A stretch of DNA of 64,000 nucleotides from Candidatus Doudnabacteria bacterium RIFCSPHIGHO2_02_FULL_42_25 (GTDB taxonomy: Bacteria > Patescibacteriota > Doudnabacteria > UBA920 > O2-02-FULL-48-8): assembly GCA_001777665.1 (NCBI GenBank), contig MFEQ01000004.1, forward strand, positions 10 through 64,009, in the 5' to 3' direction. The position numbers and the translations under genes were made by a program. The notes beneath the pieces were generated by a model, which saw nothing but the letters and a program-made list of their open reading frames with translations, was not told the origin of the DNA and did no database searches. How positions within the stretch are numbered: position 1 is the first letter of the stretch; each line of letters begins with the position of its first letter. Shown here one piece after another: positions 18,344 to 28,317 of this stretch.

Positions 18344-20176
18344 ATGAAAAGACAAGACATCCGTAACATCGCTATAATCGCTCACGTCGACCATGGCAAA
18401 ACTACACTTGTAGACGCCATGCTCAAACAAACCCATGTTCAGAGAAATGTAGAAGAACTTGGGGTTTTGATCATGGATTCGATGGACCTCGAACGTGAAC
18501 GCGGAATCACTATTAAAGCCAAAAACGCATCAGTTACTTACAACGGAACCAAAATCAACATAGTTGATACCCCAGGCCACGCTGATTTCGGCGGAGAAGT
18601 CGAACGTACACTCCGAATGGTAGAAGGTGTGTTGCTTCTGGTAGATGCCAAGGAAGGCCCGATGCCTCAGACCAAATTTGTGCTCAAAAAAGCTTTAGAG
18701 CTCGGCCACAAAGCGATCGTGGTTATAAATAAAATCGATCGATCTGATGCGCAAATAGATGAAGTCGTGAACAAAACTTTTGATTTATTTGTTTCCCTCA
18801 AAGCCACAGACGAACAACTGGATTTTCCCATTATCTACGCTTCCGGTATTGCTGGCCAAGCCTCCCTCGATTCACACAAACCGGGAACTGATCTCAATCC
18901 CCTTTTCGATACAATTCTTGAAAAAATTCCTGGACCGGAAGTTTTGGAAAATGAACCTCTGCAAATTCTAGTTTTGGCACTAGCTTATGATTCTTACAAA
19001 GGCAAACAAGGAATTGGCAAAATCACTTCTGGGGTGATTAAGAAAAACATGCCAATCATGCAGATTGCCCCAGATGGAGCTAGACTCTCTGGTCGAGCTG
19101 TGGATATTTCGGTTTTCTCAGGTCTTGATAAAAAATCAGTAGAAGAAGCAACAGCCGGTGAAATCGTCTCTGTCGCAGGACTTACAGAAGTCACTATCGG
19201 TTCCACTATTACTGGTCACGCCAATCCTAAACAGATTGATCCAGTTACTGTCGATGAACCGACAGTTCAAATGACTTTTGCAGTCAACAACTCGCCTTTC
19301 GCAGGCAAGGAAGGTAAGTTTGTAACCTCTCGTAATCTTCGCGATCGACTATATAAAGAACTGGAGACCAATGTCGCGCTTAAGGTTACTGACACTCCTA
19401 GCCCAGATACTTTGCTTGTGGCTGGCCGAGGTGAATTGCATTTAGCTATTCTCATCGAAACCATGCGACGCGAAGGATACGAGCTCCAAGTTTCTCAACC
19501 AGAAGTTATCTTTAAAACAATAGATGGGGTGCAGTCTGAACCATTTGAACGCCTATCTGTCATCGTCCCAAATGAATTCCAAGGAGCTGCTATAGAAGAG
19601 GTCGGACGACGCAAAGCTGAACTCGTCACCATGGTTCATACTGATAATGGTGAAGTGCATCTGGATTACGTTATGTCTACACGGAACTTGATTGGGCTCA
19701 AAAGCAAACTCATGACCCAGACCAAGGGCACGGCCATTATCAATCATATCTTTGATTCATATAAACCCGCAGAAGCACAAATCCAGTCAGCCAGCGCTCA
19801 TGGTGCTCTCATCGCCTCTGAATCCGGGGTCTCGAATGCCTATGGTCTAAATAACGCTCAAGAACGAGGTGACTTATTTATCAAACCAGCGGTGGAGGTT
19901 TACCAAGGCATGATCGTCGGTGAAAATTCCAAAACAGAAGATATCGAAATTAACGTCAACAGAACTAAGAAACTGACAAACATGCGTGCCTCTGGTTCAG
20001 ATGATTCAATTATTCTGACCCCACCTAAAGTTATGAGTTTGGAAGAATCTTTGGAATTCCTGGCTTCTGACGAACTGCTCGAAGTCACTCCTCAAAGCCT
20101 ACGACTACGCAAAAAAATTCTCGACCCGACTAAACGCAAACGCGAAAAAGTCGCTCAAGAAAAAAATCCCGCCTAG
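18344..20176 (+). CDS. typA: Translational GTPase TypA/BipA
   Basis: 610 aa; G-domain [26 protein letters not shown]. Confidence 0.9.
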   Translation: MKRQDIRNIAIIAHVDHGKTTLVDAMLKQTHVQRNVEELGVLIMDSMDLERERGITIKAKNASVTYNGTKINIVDTPGHADFGGEVERTLRMVEGVLLLVDAKEGPMPQTKFVLKKALELGHKAIVVINKIDRSDAQIDEVVNKTFDLFVSLKATDEQLDFPIIYASGIAGQASLDSHKPGTDLNPLFDTILEKIPGPEVLENEPLQILVLALAYDSYKGKQGIGKITSGVIKKNMPIMQIAPDGARLSGRAVDISVFSGLDKKSVEEATAGEIVSVAGLTEVTIGSTITGHANPKQIDPVTVDEPTVQMTFAVNNSPFAGKEGKFVTSRNLRDRLYKELETNVALKVTDTPSPDTLLVAGRGELHLAILIETMRREGYELQVSQPEVIFKTIDGVQSEPFERLSVIVPNEFQGAAIEEVGRRKAELVTMVHTDNGEVHLDYVMSTRNLIGLKSKLMTQTKGTAIINHIFDSYKPAEAQIQSASAHGALIASESGVSNAYGLNNAQERGDLFIKPAVEVYQGMIVGENSKTEDIEINVNRTKKLTNMRASGSDDSIILTPPKVMSLEESLEFLASDELLEVTPQSLRLRKKILDPTKRKREKVAQEKNPA

Positions 20177-20190
20177 GCGGGATTTTTTTC
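20161..20190 (+). terminator. Rho-independent terminator after typA
   Basis: AAAAAATCCCGCCTAGGCGGGATTTTTTT perfect hairpin + T-run. Confidence 0.7.
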
Positions 20191-20553
20191 TAACCTACTC
20201 GTCAGAGCTAGTCTCTTGTCGATTCATTTCCTCTTCTGATGAGTCAGGACTATATTCTCTATCAATCATATTCGCTCCTTTCAATTAATATCAAAAAGGT
20301 ATCTTAACTATTTTGAGAGCCACTTTGAGTTCCACTCTGGCCTTGTTTCTTCAATTCATCATCATTGAACATAAAGTCTCCTTTCTATTTAATGATCTCC
20401 TGTTATTTAACCAGGAAAAAAAGATATATAAAATAACTAATTAACACTAAGACCATCAAGCTTTTCAGGCTTTGCTTTTGTGCACTTCCTACAGCGCTAG
20501 CTTAAAAGTTGTGATATACTCATACATAACGTTGCCAAACGGAGGCACATTTT

Positions 20554-20877
20554 ATGCGAAGGATTTACGAGATGATTAAATGGGTTCGAGAGCTTAGCAA
20601 AGTCAACCAGTGGATTTTCTGGTTGGCAAGCGCAATCTTCGTCTTCGCTTCCACCACCGCGCTCGTCATGATTGCTCACATACTTGGGATTCATTCCCAG
20701 ATCTCAATTCCACTGGCAATCCTGATAAGTTGCATTTATGTCTTCCTGGCTGCGACATTCGCGCCATACTCACCTCTGAGTCTGAGAAAATCCACGGAAA
20801 CCAAGATAAATGTTAATCCTGGTGGAACAAGCTTGAACGAGGAGCCATTCTCCAGCGATCCCAGCCGTGGAGATTGA
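20554..20877 (+). CDS. Hypothetical small membrane protein
   Basis: 107 aa, two hydrophobic helices; GGAGG SD 8 nt upstream; extended -10 TGtgaTATACT upstream; terminator hairpin 20893-20926 downstream. Confidence 0.45.
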   Translation: MRRIYEMIKWVRELSKVNQWIFWLASAIFVFASTTALVMIAHILGIHSQISIPLAILISCIYVFLAATFAPYSPLSLRKSTETKINVNPGGTSLNEEPFSSDPSRGD

Positions 20878-20937
20878 AGCCTGGTTACGCTAAAGGTGCA
20901 CCCTGTCGTGCCACCTTCTTTTTTTATGCTTAAAAAT

Positions 20938-20965
20938 AGACCCCGGATCAAGTCCGGGGTGGTTA
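20938..20965. repeat. Hairpin repeat GACCCCGGATCAAGTCCGGGGTGGTTA (copy 1, intergenic)
   Basis: CCCCGGA-TCAAG-TCCGGGG hairpin; identical 27-mer at 34719-34746. Confidence 0.5.
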
Positions 20966-20978
20966 TTTTGCTATAAGA

Positions 20979-21530
20979 TTAGCGCTTGCTAAATTGTGGA
21001 GCACGCCTAGCTCGTTTCAAGCCTGGTTTCTTTCGTTCCTTCACGCGAGGGTCGCGTGTGAGGAAACCTAATTTCTTCAGGGTTCTTCGTGATTCAGGAT
21101 TGTAATTTATCAATGCTCTGGAAATAGCATGTCTGACGGCTTCGGCTTGAGAGTGAATACCTCCGCCACTGACTTTGGTTTTAACATTTAAACCCTTCTC
21201 AACGCCAATCGATGTCATCGGATGCATTACGATATATTGCAAATCTGAAGTTTGGAAATAACTCTCTAGAGGTAACTTGTTAATCGTGATCTCCCCTGTA
21301 CCGACACTGACCAGAACTTGAGCTACGGAAGTTTTGCGTCTCCCGACAGCATAAAAATTCTTGCCATGGGCAACTTTGTGAGCTGCGGCTACAGGAGCTG
21401 CTTCTGGTTCAACATGCTTTACTTCATGATGCTTAGTTTCAGGCTTCACATGAGGTTTAGCAACCCTTGGTTTCCGAGTTGCGTGAGGCTTTGCAGTAGG
21501 CTTTTTAGTTGTCGGCTTTTTCTGAATCAT
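20979..21530 (-). CDS. rpsI: 30S ribosomal protein S9 with Lys/Pro-rich N-terminal extension
   Basis: C-terminal GGGIHSQAEAVRHAISRAL...RDPRVKERKKPGLKRARRAPQFSKR. Confidence 0.85.
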   Translation of the reverse strand: MIQKKPTTKKPTAKPHATRKPRVAKPHVKPETKHHEVKHVEPEAAPVAAAHKVAHGKNFYAVGRRKTSVAQVLVSVGTGEITINKLPLESYFQTSDLQYIVMHPMTSIGVEKGLNVKTKVSGGGIHSQAEAVRHAISRALINYNPESRRTLKKLGFLTRDPRVKERKKPGLKRARRAPQFSKR

Positions 21531-21546
21531 AAATTCTTGTTACGGG

Positions 21547-21963
21547 TTATATGTTACGTGTTATGGGAAAACTATGCTTATCCCCTTTAACGACTTTTAA
21601 TCTGCGCATGATATCTTTTCTTAATCGATTCTTATCTACCATATTATATACGGCATCACGGATAACTTTCTCTGGCTCTTTTTCCATGCGCTCTTTCAAA
21701 CTCTTTTTATAAATTCCACCAGGATATCCTGAAAATCTGTAGTATTGCTTTTGGTCTAATTTGCGGCCGGTAAACTTAATCTTCTCTGCATTTTTGACCA
21801 CAACGAAATCCCCGACATCCATGTGTGGTGTAAACGTCACTTTGTGCTTGCCACGAAGAATCGTAGCAATTCTGGTAGCTAGGCGGCCTAAAGTAAACTT
21901 GGAAGCATCAGCTTCGTACCAAGCGCGTTTGATCTCTGAAGTTTTAGGTAAAAAAGTCTTCAT
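21547..21963 (-). CDS. rplM: 50S ribosomal protein L13
   Basis: MKTFLPKTSEIKRAWYEADASKFTLGRLATRIATILRGKHK. Confidence 0.9.
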   Translation of the reverse strand: MKTFLPKTSEIKRAWYEADASKFTLGRLATRIATILRGKHKVTFTPHMDVGDFVVVKNAEKIKFTGRKLDQKQYYRFSGYPGGIYKKSLKERMEKEPEKVIRDAVYNMVDKNRLRKDIMRRLKVVKGDKHSFPITRNI

Positions 21964-21968
21964 ATAAA

Positions 21969-22313
21969 TTAATCAACTAACTCCAATTGAACTTTCGGCA
22001 TGCCGTCTTTGGATTTACCGATACGGATAATACGAGTGTAACCGCCTTTTCGTTCTTTATATTTCGGTCCCAATACTTCAATAACTTTCTTTGCAGCGTT
22101 ATTAGGAAGGGCTGCAAAAATCTGACGCTTACTGTGAAGAGTTTCGCTCTTACCTTTGGTAATTAATTTCTCAACCACTGATCGTGTGACTTTAGCCCTG
22201 GCTTCTGTGGTCTGAATTTTTTCGTAAATAATTGCAGATGCGGCCAAAGCACGGACCAGTTTTCTGCCGTGATTTCTACCGCTACCGATTTTTTTCTTCT
22301 TCAAATGTCTCAT
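21969..22313 (-). CDS. rplQ: 50S ribosomal protein L17
   Basis: MRHLKKKKIGSGRNHGRKLVRALAAS... Confidence 0.9.
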   Translation of the reverse strand: MRHLKKKKIGSGRNHGRKLVRALAASAIIYEKIQTTEARAKVTRSVVEKLITKGKSETLHSKRQIFAALPNNAAKKVIEVLGPKYKERKGGYTRIIRIGKSKDGMPKVQLELVD

Positions 22314-22321
22314 GTGTATTG

Positions 22322-23269
22322 TTACGTGTTACGTGATCCGTGATACGTGGCCAATAATCTTTCAATCTCTTCGACTGATTTCGCGCCCAATCCTTCCACA
22401 GTCATCAGTTGTTCGTGTGTCATGGCTGACAGTTGAGAAATCTTATTGATCTCATTCTTAAGCAAAGCATTGTACGATCGGTTGGAAAGTCCGAGGGATT
22501 TCAAATCATCTTCTTCTGGGGTGCGCAGTCCTTCTTCGACTGCAACATCCATAACTGGAGCTTCCATTTCACTGGCAGCTTGCAAATTATTTTTACCAAG
22601 CAATGCGAAGTGATCCATCAAAATTACTGCAGCTTGGTCAATAGCATCTTTACCTGTGATCGTGCCGTCAGTTTCAATAGTCAAAATCAATTCATCATAG
22701 TTGGTGATTTGGCCAACACGGACATTGTTAATGTCATAATTCACGGTTCGGACTGGGGTGTAGATGGCATCCACAGCAATCATTCCGATTTCCAATTTCT
22801 CATTCTCACGTTGTTCTACAGGAACGTAGCCACGTCCAGCTTGGACGACAACTTCCATGTCCAAATCCGCACTCTTGTTGTCGAGAGTGGCGATGTGAAG
22901 ATCTGGATTGACGATTTCGACTTCTGAATTCTTTTTAAAATCAGCACCGGTTACGGCTTTCTCCCCTTTAACTTTGAGTTCTAATCTTACCTGGCCTTCT
23001 GAATGAATTTTCAAACGCAACTGTTTGAGATTTAAAATAATTTCGATCACATCTTCTTTGACATTTGGGATAGTGGAAAATTCATGATCTACACCTTTGA
23101 TCTTCACAGCGACCACAGCAGCTCCTGGAAGTGAAGACAACATAACTCGGCGAAGACTATTGCCCAGGGTTACCCCATAACCTGGATATAGAGGCTCCAT
23201 AACAACCTTGTATTTATTATCGCTTAGATCTTCGAATAAAACTTTTTTTGGTAATGGAATATTTTCCAT
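22322..23269 (-). CDS. rpoA: DNA-directed RNA polymerase subunit alpha
   Basis: 315 aa; NTD GNSLRRVMLSSLPGAAV; C-terminal 9 codons overlap a CACGTAA tandem repeat. Confidence 0.9.
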   Translation of the reverse strand: MENIPLPKKVLFEDLSDNKYKVVMEPLYPGYGVTLGNSLRRVMLSSLPGAAVVAVKIKGVDHEFSTIPNVKEDVIEIILNLKQLRLKIHSEGQVRLELKVKGEKAVTGADFKKNSEVEIVNPDLHIATLDNKSADLDMEVVVQAGRGYVPVEQRENEKLEIGMIAVDAIYTPVRTVNYDINNVRVGQITNYDELILTIETDGTITGKDAIDQAAVILMDHFALLGKNNLQAASEMEAPVMDVAVEEGLRTPEEDDLKSLGLSNRSYNALLKNEINKISQLSAMTHEQLMTVEGLGAKSVEEIERLLATYHGSRNT

Positions 23270-23305
23270 AAATTTAGATTAAAGATTAATGATTTAAGAT
23301 TAAAG

Positions 23306-23914
23306 TTACCTAGAGTAATACTCAACAATTAACTGCGTATTGAGTGAGCTGTCGAGCTGATCTTTGGAAGGTTTGGACAAAACCTTACCGGATAAATTCT
23401 TTGGCTCCAGAGACAACCATTCTACTGTTTTGTAATTAGCCAAGCCTTGAGCCATGGTTTTGATATATGAGGAATTCTTCTTTCCCTCTAAAATTTTAAT
23501 CTCGTCGCCGACTCGGACTTGATAAGAAGGAATATTGACTCGTTTGCCATTAACTTCAAAAAATCCGTGAGAAACGATTTGTCTGGCTTGTGGTCGAGTT
23601 TGAGCAAATCCCATTCGGAAAACGATGTTGTCTAATCGAAATTCGAGCATTTGGAGCAAAGCGTCTCCGGTTACTCCAACTTTTTTAGTAGCAGTTTCGT
23701 AATATCTGCGGAATTGCTTTTCCATCACGCCATAAATAATTTTGGCTTTTTGCTTTTCTCGAAGTTGCATACCGAATTCAGAGACACGCTGTGGATTTTG
23801 TCCATGTTGTCCTGGTCGATAATTTCGCTTCGCCAAATACTTTTCAGCTTTCTTAGTTAAAGCTATGCCGAATTTGCGAGATTGTTTAATTTTGGGTCCG
23901 GTATGACGTGCCAT
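23306..23914 (-). CDS. rpsD: 30S ribosomal protein S4
   Basis: MARHTGPKIKQSRKFG... Confidence 0.9.
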   Translation of the reverse strand: MARHTGPKIKQSRKFGIALTKKAEKYLAKRNYRPGQHGQNPQRVSEFGMQLREKQKAKIIYGVMEKQFRRYYETATKKVGVTGDALLQMLEFRLDNIVFRMGFAQTRPQARQIVSHGFFEVNGKRVNIPSYQVRVGDEIKILEGKKNSSYIKTMAQGLANYKTVEWLSLEPKNLSGKVLSKPSKDQLDSSLNTQLIVEYYSR

Positions 23915-23919
23915 ATTAT

Positions 23920-24369
23920 TTAAACTCTACGTGCTTTCTTAGGACGCACTCCAGCGTGTGGAATTGGCGTTTGATCTTTAATTGATAGTATAGAAAATCC
24001 TGAACCCTGTAGCGCGCGCACTGCTGATTCTCGGCCAGTACCTATCCCTTTGACGAACACATCTACTTCGGACAATCCGACATCTTTGAGTCTAGCTAGA
24101 GCTTCTTCCATAGTTTTCTGAGCGGCGTAAGGGGTAGATTTTTTGGAACCTTTAAATCCTGTGCGGCCAGATGAACCCCAACCAATGACGTTGCCATTCA
24201 CATCTGTGATGGTAATAATCGTGTTGTTGTAAGTCGATTGGACATAAATTCGGCCACGCGTAACTTTAATCTTCGATTTCTTACGCTTCGAAGGTGTCGC
24301 AGCAGTAGCAGTGCTTGCCGCTGCTTTCGTTTCTTCTCCTGGAATTGTAGTGGTTTTAGTTTGTCCCAT
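23920..24369 (-). CDS. rpsK: 30S ribosomal protein S11
   Basis: [28 protein letters not shown]... Confidence 0.9.
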   Translation of the reverse strand: MGQTKTTTIPGEETKAAASTATAATPSKRKKSKIKVTRGRIYVQSTYNNTIITITDVNGNVIGWGSSGRTGFKGSKKSTPYAAQKTMEEALARLKDVGLSEVDVFVKGIGTGRESAVRALQGSGFSILSIKDQTPIPHAGVRPKKARRV

Positions 24370-24431
24370 AGATCATGTATCCCGAAACCTGAAACCCGAA
24401 GCAATTCTGTTTCATGTTTCATGCTTCATGT

Positions 24432-24827
24432 TTAAGTTTTCTCGGATGATGCTTTACGTCCTGATCCGGCTGTTCGTCTAACGTTACCTCGACGAGTACG
24501 TGAATTAGTTTTGGTTCTCTGTCCTCTTACTGGAAGTCCTCGGATATGTCGGATGCCTTGATATGAACCAATTTCTTTCTTCAACTTGATATTAGAAGAA
24601 ATTGTTTGGCGAAGAGCTCCTTCGACGCTGTAGTTCTTTTCTATAAATTCACGAATTTTCGCAACTTCGGCTTCGGTCAATTCTGAAGTTCGTTTGTTCG
24701 GATCGATTTTGGCAGCAGCTAAAATCCGTTTGCTGGCAGGCCAACCCACACCAAAGATATATGGGAGAGCGGCTTCGATTCTTTTTTGTTGTGGCAAGGT
24801 CACCCCTGCAATTCTTACTAGCGCCAT
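24432..24827 (-). CDS. rpsM: 30S ribosomal protein S13
   Basis: [28 protein letters not shown]. Confidence 0.9.
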   Translation of the reverse strand: MALVRIAGVTLPQQKRIEAALPYIFGVGWPASKRILAAAKIDPNKRTSELTEAEVAKIREFIEKNYSVEGALRQTISSNIKLKKEIGSYQGIRHIRGLPVRGQRTKTNSRTRRGNVRRTAGSGRKASSEKT

Positions 24828-24909
24828 GTGTTTTTGCGTTAATGGTTATTCGGCGGAGCTGCGCGTATCGGTTAACGTCTGACGATACGCGTGGCGCTGC
24901 CCGATACCG

Positions 24910-25023
24910 TCAGCCTTGTCTTTGCTTATGTTTAGGAATTTCGCAAATAATATAAACTCGACCGCGGCGGCGGACAATTTTGCATTTCTTACAAATCGGT
25001 TTTACACTTGCTCTAACCTTCAT
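24910..25023 (-). CDS. rpmJ: 50S ribosomal protein L36
   Basis: Manual translation of minus strand: [37 protein letters not shown]; below the 60-aa ORF-track cutoff. Confidence 0.8.
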   Translation of the reverse strand: MKVRASVKPICKKCKIVRRRGRVYIICEIPKHKQRQG

Positions 25024-25134
25024 AGTTTATCGTTATTCGTCTGCGCTGCGAGTATCGTCTTACGGCGGCGTTGTGCGTTGAGATCCGGTTTACGTTTGAC
25101 GTTTACCGATACGCGCTGCGCTGCCGTTTAACTT

Positions 25135-25317
25135 TTAACGCAACCTTCTAATTACGCGACCTCGGGTCAAATCATAAGGGGTTACTTCAATGATAACTTT
25201 ATCCCCTGGTAAAATTCTAATTTTATTTACTCGCAATTTACCGGCTATATGAGCCAAAATAATCTGCCCCGACTCAATTTGCACACGAAAAACAGCGTTG
25301 GGCAGAGTTTCTACCAC
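25135..25317 (-). CDS. infA: Translation initiation factor IF-1
   Basis: [29 protein letters not shown]...; GTG start in track; IF-1-like residues continue in-frame upstream. Confidence 0.8.
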   Translation of the reverse strand: MVETLPNAVFRVQIESGQIILAHIAGKLRVNKIRILPGDKVIIEVTPYDLTRGRVIRRLR

Positions 25318-25407
25318 TTTACCCTCAAGTTCGATGGTATTTTTTTGTGGGCCTTGCGTCCCTAAATCTTGAGTGCCTGTAGAAATATGAGTGGGTTCTT
25401 ACTTAAA

Positions 25408-25508
25408 CCCCGTTAGAGATAACGAATACTAGTAAAATGGGGTCTAAAATTTAAAAATATCTTAGATAATAACAAATTACTTAACCGTTAATTAATCTCT
25501 AAACGGGG
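25408..25508. repeat. MITE-like palindromic element, variant termini CCCCGTTAGAGAT...ATCTCTAAACGGGG (copy 3, upstream of infA)
   Basis: Seen directly. Confidence 0.5.
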
Positions 25509-25928
25509 TAATTTGCTCAAAAATGATAACAAATTCTGACAGATGTGTCAACTCGAATTAGAATACCCCTCTCCTTGAGAGGAGAGGGGCCGGGGGTGAG
25601 GTAGATTTATAGCTAACATTAGCCATTTTCTATATCTAAGGCCAGCCGACACTTGCAAAAATATAGTCAGAATTCGAAGCGAGCTGTAGTGTTGCGACGG
25701 TAGAGGTATAGGTCTTCTGAGCAACATGAAGAGAGTAAGCGAGCTAAGAATTCTGGTATATTTTTGCCGTGTCGCCAATTTTTGGGCGGATCGCTAAAAC
25801 GCGATCCGCCCTTTTGTTTGGTACAAAAGGTGGAGAATAAATAATAACTTGAGTATTAATTATAGAAATGGATCCCGGATCGCCCTTCACCCTGGTATAT
25901 TCCAGGGAACGTAGCGTCCGGGATGGAC

Positions 25929-27488
25929 TTATTGCTTAAGCACTGTTTCGATATTTATTTTCCCGTTGAATCTTGGGGCTTTGTGGACGAACCACTCGGG
26001 CCAGAACTTTACTTCTACATCATCGACTTCTGGCTTGCTTAGCAAAATTTCTTTTATTTCTAATTCATTTTTTCCAGTCAGAAGCTTTGAGAGATTATCA
26101 GTATCCATTTTGTACGCAGCGACGGTTTCGAAATGCACTGACAAAACACCTTTGGTCTGGGCTGGATCTATTGTCTTATAGACGGCTTCATACTTCGACT
26201 CTGCAGACTCAAGGAGGTATTTATCATCTGATAAGACTTCATTGATTTTTGCCAAAACAACTTCGCTGACATCATCTTCACGGAATGCCAGTCCACTGAC
26301 CCGTGCGATTATCGTCATATCGAAACTAGTAACTTCAGCACCAATATTTTTATTCGCCGTTTTTGCCAATACTTCTTTTTTGGAGCCCGAATCCAGTAAC
26401 TTCATTTCAACAGAGTTGGTTTGAGATATTTCAGCAGCAGCCACAGATACAATTTCAACTAGCATGGCATCTGTCGCTTTATCGATGTCTTCCTGGGTCA
26501 GGATTTTTGTAACTGCGCCCGTTGTTCCTCCAGTCAATGCCTGGGGATTAGTAGCATATACATCAGCATTACCCAGGGCCGCATTGGAAATTTGAAATCG
26601 CGTATTCGCGGCGAGATTCGAATCCGCTCCCCCATCTTGGGCAATAATTTGGATTCCGGTTGTAGAAGCGCCGTTACCCCGAATTCCACCGACATCACTC
26701 ACGAAATTAAACTTTTTGCCATTCGCAATCAAAGTCGTAGTAGCTGCTTTAAGTGTTAAAGTATTCGGAGTGTTATTAACTATTGTTACTGTTCCTGTGG
26801 CTTTTGTACCTGACGACTTAGTCCCTGTTGTATCAAATGTTTTAGTTAATGAAACTTCTTTCGAAACTACTACACCAGGAATAGAAAGTGCCGACGCATT
26901 CACTGCTTTATTTTCTTTATCAACACTGACTTCGAAATCTCTCGATATAGCTTCTGATCTCGCCGTAACTTTCACATTGGCTTTTGGTAACAGCACTAGT
27001 GCCCCAAACACTGCCACTATCACCACCACTAAAATTAAAATAAAAAATTTGGAAAACTTGGAAGACTTCTTGGCAATTTCAAATTCGAGCCTGGAACCGC
27101 TGGGTTCATACGACTGATGTACGACATGATGTTGTGGTTCTTCATGGACTTTTTTCGACATCGTGATATCGCCAAATTGGGTCCCAGGTTTTGGACTAGC
27201 ATTAGTCCGACGAGTGGGCCTCACGGCTTTTACTGAAGTCACCTCACCGGGTAACATCCCAACTTTCTTTACGAGCTGCATCCCCGCTTCGTCAGAAGTT
27301 TGAATTTTTACTTCTTTACCATAAATCTCACCAGTCTTCTTTAGTAGCCTCAAATGGTTCTGATTCCGTAAGATAGCCGACCCAGATTCTAACTCAAAAA
27401 CCACCCCATCATCCTTTAGGGATTTGATCTGCTTTACTGCTTCAACCAGATCGTTTTTCTTATTTAATTTAAGGATTTTGAGGGACAT
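25929..27488 (-). CDS. Hypothetical membrane-anchored protein with Thr-rich extracellular region
   Basis: 519 aa; cytoplasmic N-domain, single TM (FFILILVVVIVAVFGALVLL), long T/S/A-rich region. Confidence 0.5.
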   Translation of the reverse strand: MSLKILKLNKKNDLVEAVKQIKSLKDDGVVFELESGSAILRNQNHLRLLKKTGEIYGKEVKIQTSDEAGMQLVKKVGMLPGEVTSVKAVRPTRRTNASPKPGTQFGDITMSKKVHEEPQHHVVHQSYEPSGSRLEFEIAKKSSKFSKFFILILVVVIVAVFGALVLLPKANVKVTARSEAISRDFEVSVDKENKAVNASALSIPGVVVSKEVSLTKTFDTTGTKSSGTKATGTVTIVNNTPNTLTLKAATTTLIANGKKFNFVSDVGGIRGNGASTTGIQIIAQDGGADSNLAANTRFQISNAALGNADVYATNPQALTGGTTGAVTKILTQEDIDKATDAMLVEIVSVAAAEISQTNSVEMKLLDSGSKKEVLAKTANKNIGAEVTSFDMTIIARVSGLAFREDDVSEVVLAKINEVLSDDKYLLESAESKYEAVYKTIDPAQTKGVLSVHFETVAAYKMDTDNLSKLLTGKNELEIKEILLSKPEVDDVEVKFWPEWFVHKAPRFNGKINIETVLKQ

Positions 27489-27506
27489 GTAAGGTATTCT
27501 AACACA

Positions 27507-28310
27507 TCAGGAAGAAAGTGAAGAAAACTGCACTGCGTACTTAATCGGATTGTTGAGAAACTCGAGAAGTTTAGGATTTCGGATAGCTGCAGTATACATT
27601 GGTTCCTGGGCATCAAATCCGAAATCGGTTCGGACTTTGTCATTCATGGTTAACTTGCGCATTAAAGGTTGGTTTTCATAATTTTCATTTTTTACAAAAG
27701 TTGGTTGACCATCTTTGCCCCTAATTACATAAATTGCCATACCCTCCTTCTCTTTTATCGGTTCATAGAGTGGTTTGTAATCGGTCGATATCCAATTTGC
27801 AGTAACTAAAACCTCCGCTCCGATGTTGACGATAATATGACCATAATTAGGTGGGTAAATAACTTTATCACCGGCTCCAGCCTCGAATGCTAAAATTGTA
27901 ATAACATTCTTCATCTCTGGATCCATTTTTTGGAGCAAAAATAATGCTTTTCCGTTTAAGACTTCGTAAATTTCTGGATGAGCAACTGTGGATCCTTCAA
28001 TATTCTGATGATAATGCCCAAGTGTTTTGTTATACTCGTCTCCAAGCATTATTGGTGGAATAATAGTAACGTCATACTGAATATGGTTAACCGCAGTAAG
28101 GGTTTTATCTGATTCGAGAGATATTCCGCGGTACACATGATACAGCTCTTCTTGTTCTGGTTTGGCTTTGCGGTCAAACAGGACAGGCTCCATTTCGGAT
28201 AATTTGCGGACGAATTTTTGACCACTTTCCACTACACCCGGCTTTAAATTGAGCTGAAAGTCATCTGTGACTTCCATGGGAAGACCGGAAACTTTAGTTA
28301 AATCGATCAT
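27507..28310 (-). CDS. Cupin-type glucose-6-phosphate isomerase (archaeal-type PGI)
   Basis: VRKLSEMEPVLF, TLGHYHQ, YPPNYGHIIVNIG align with cupin PGI motifs VRRLSDMEGYF, TKGHFHA, VPPYWAHRTVNIG. Confidence 0.6.
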   Translation of the reverse strand: MIDLTKVSGLPMEVTDDFQLNLKPGVVESGQKFVRKLSEMEPVLFDRKAKPEQEELYHVYRGISLESDKTLTAVNHIQYDVTIIPPIMLGDEYNKTLGHYHQNIEGSTVAHPEIYEVLNGKALFLLQKMDPEMKNVITILAFEAGAGDKVIYPPNYGHIIVNIGAEVLVTANWISTDYKPLYEPIKEKEGMAIYVIRGKDGQPTFVKNENYENQPLMRKLTMNDKVRTDFGFDAQEPMYTAAIRNPKLLEFLNNPIKYAVQFSSLSS

Positions 28311-28317
28311 ATGGATG

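Noticed and set aside
24840-25135. GC-rich spacers with GCGCGTATCG / CGATACGCG-type short inverted repeats flanking rpmJ
   Set aside because: Noted as locally GC-rich intergenic hairpins (possible processing/terminator structures) but too short and irregular to call a repeat family or regulatory element with confidence.
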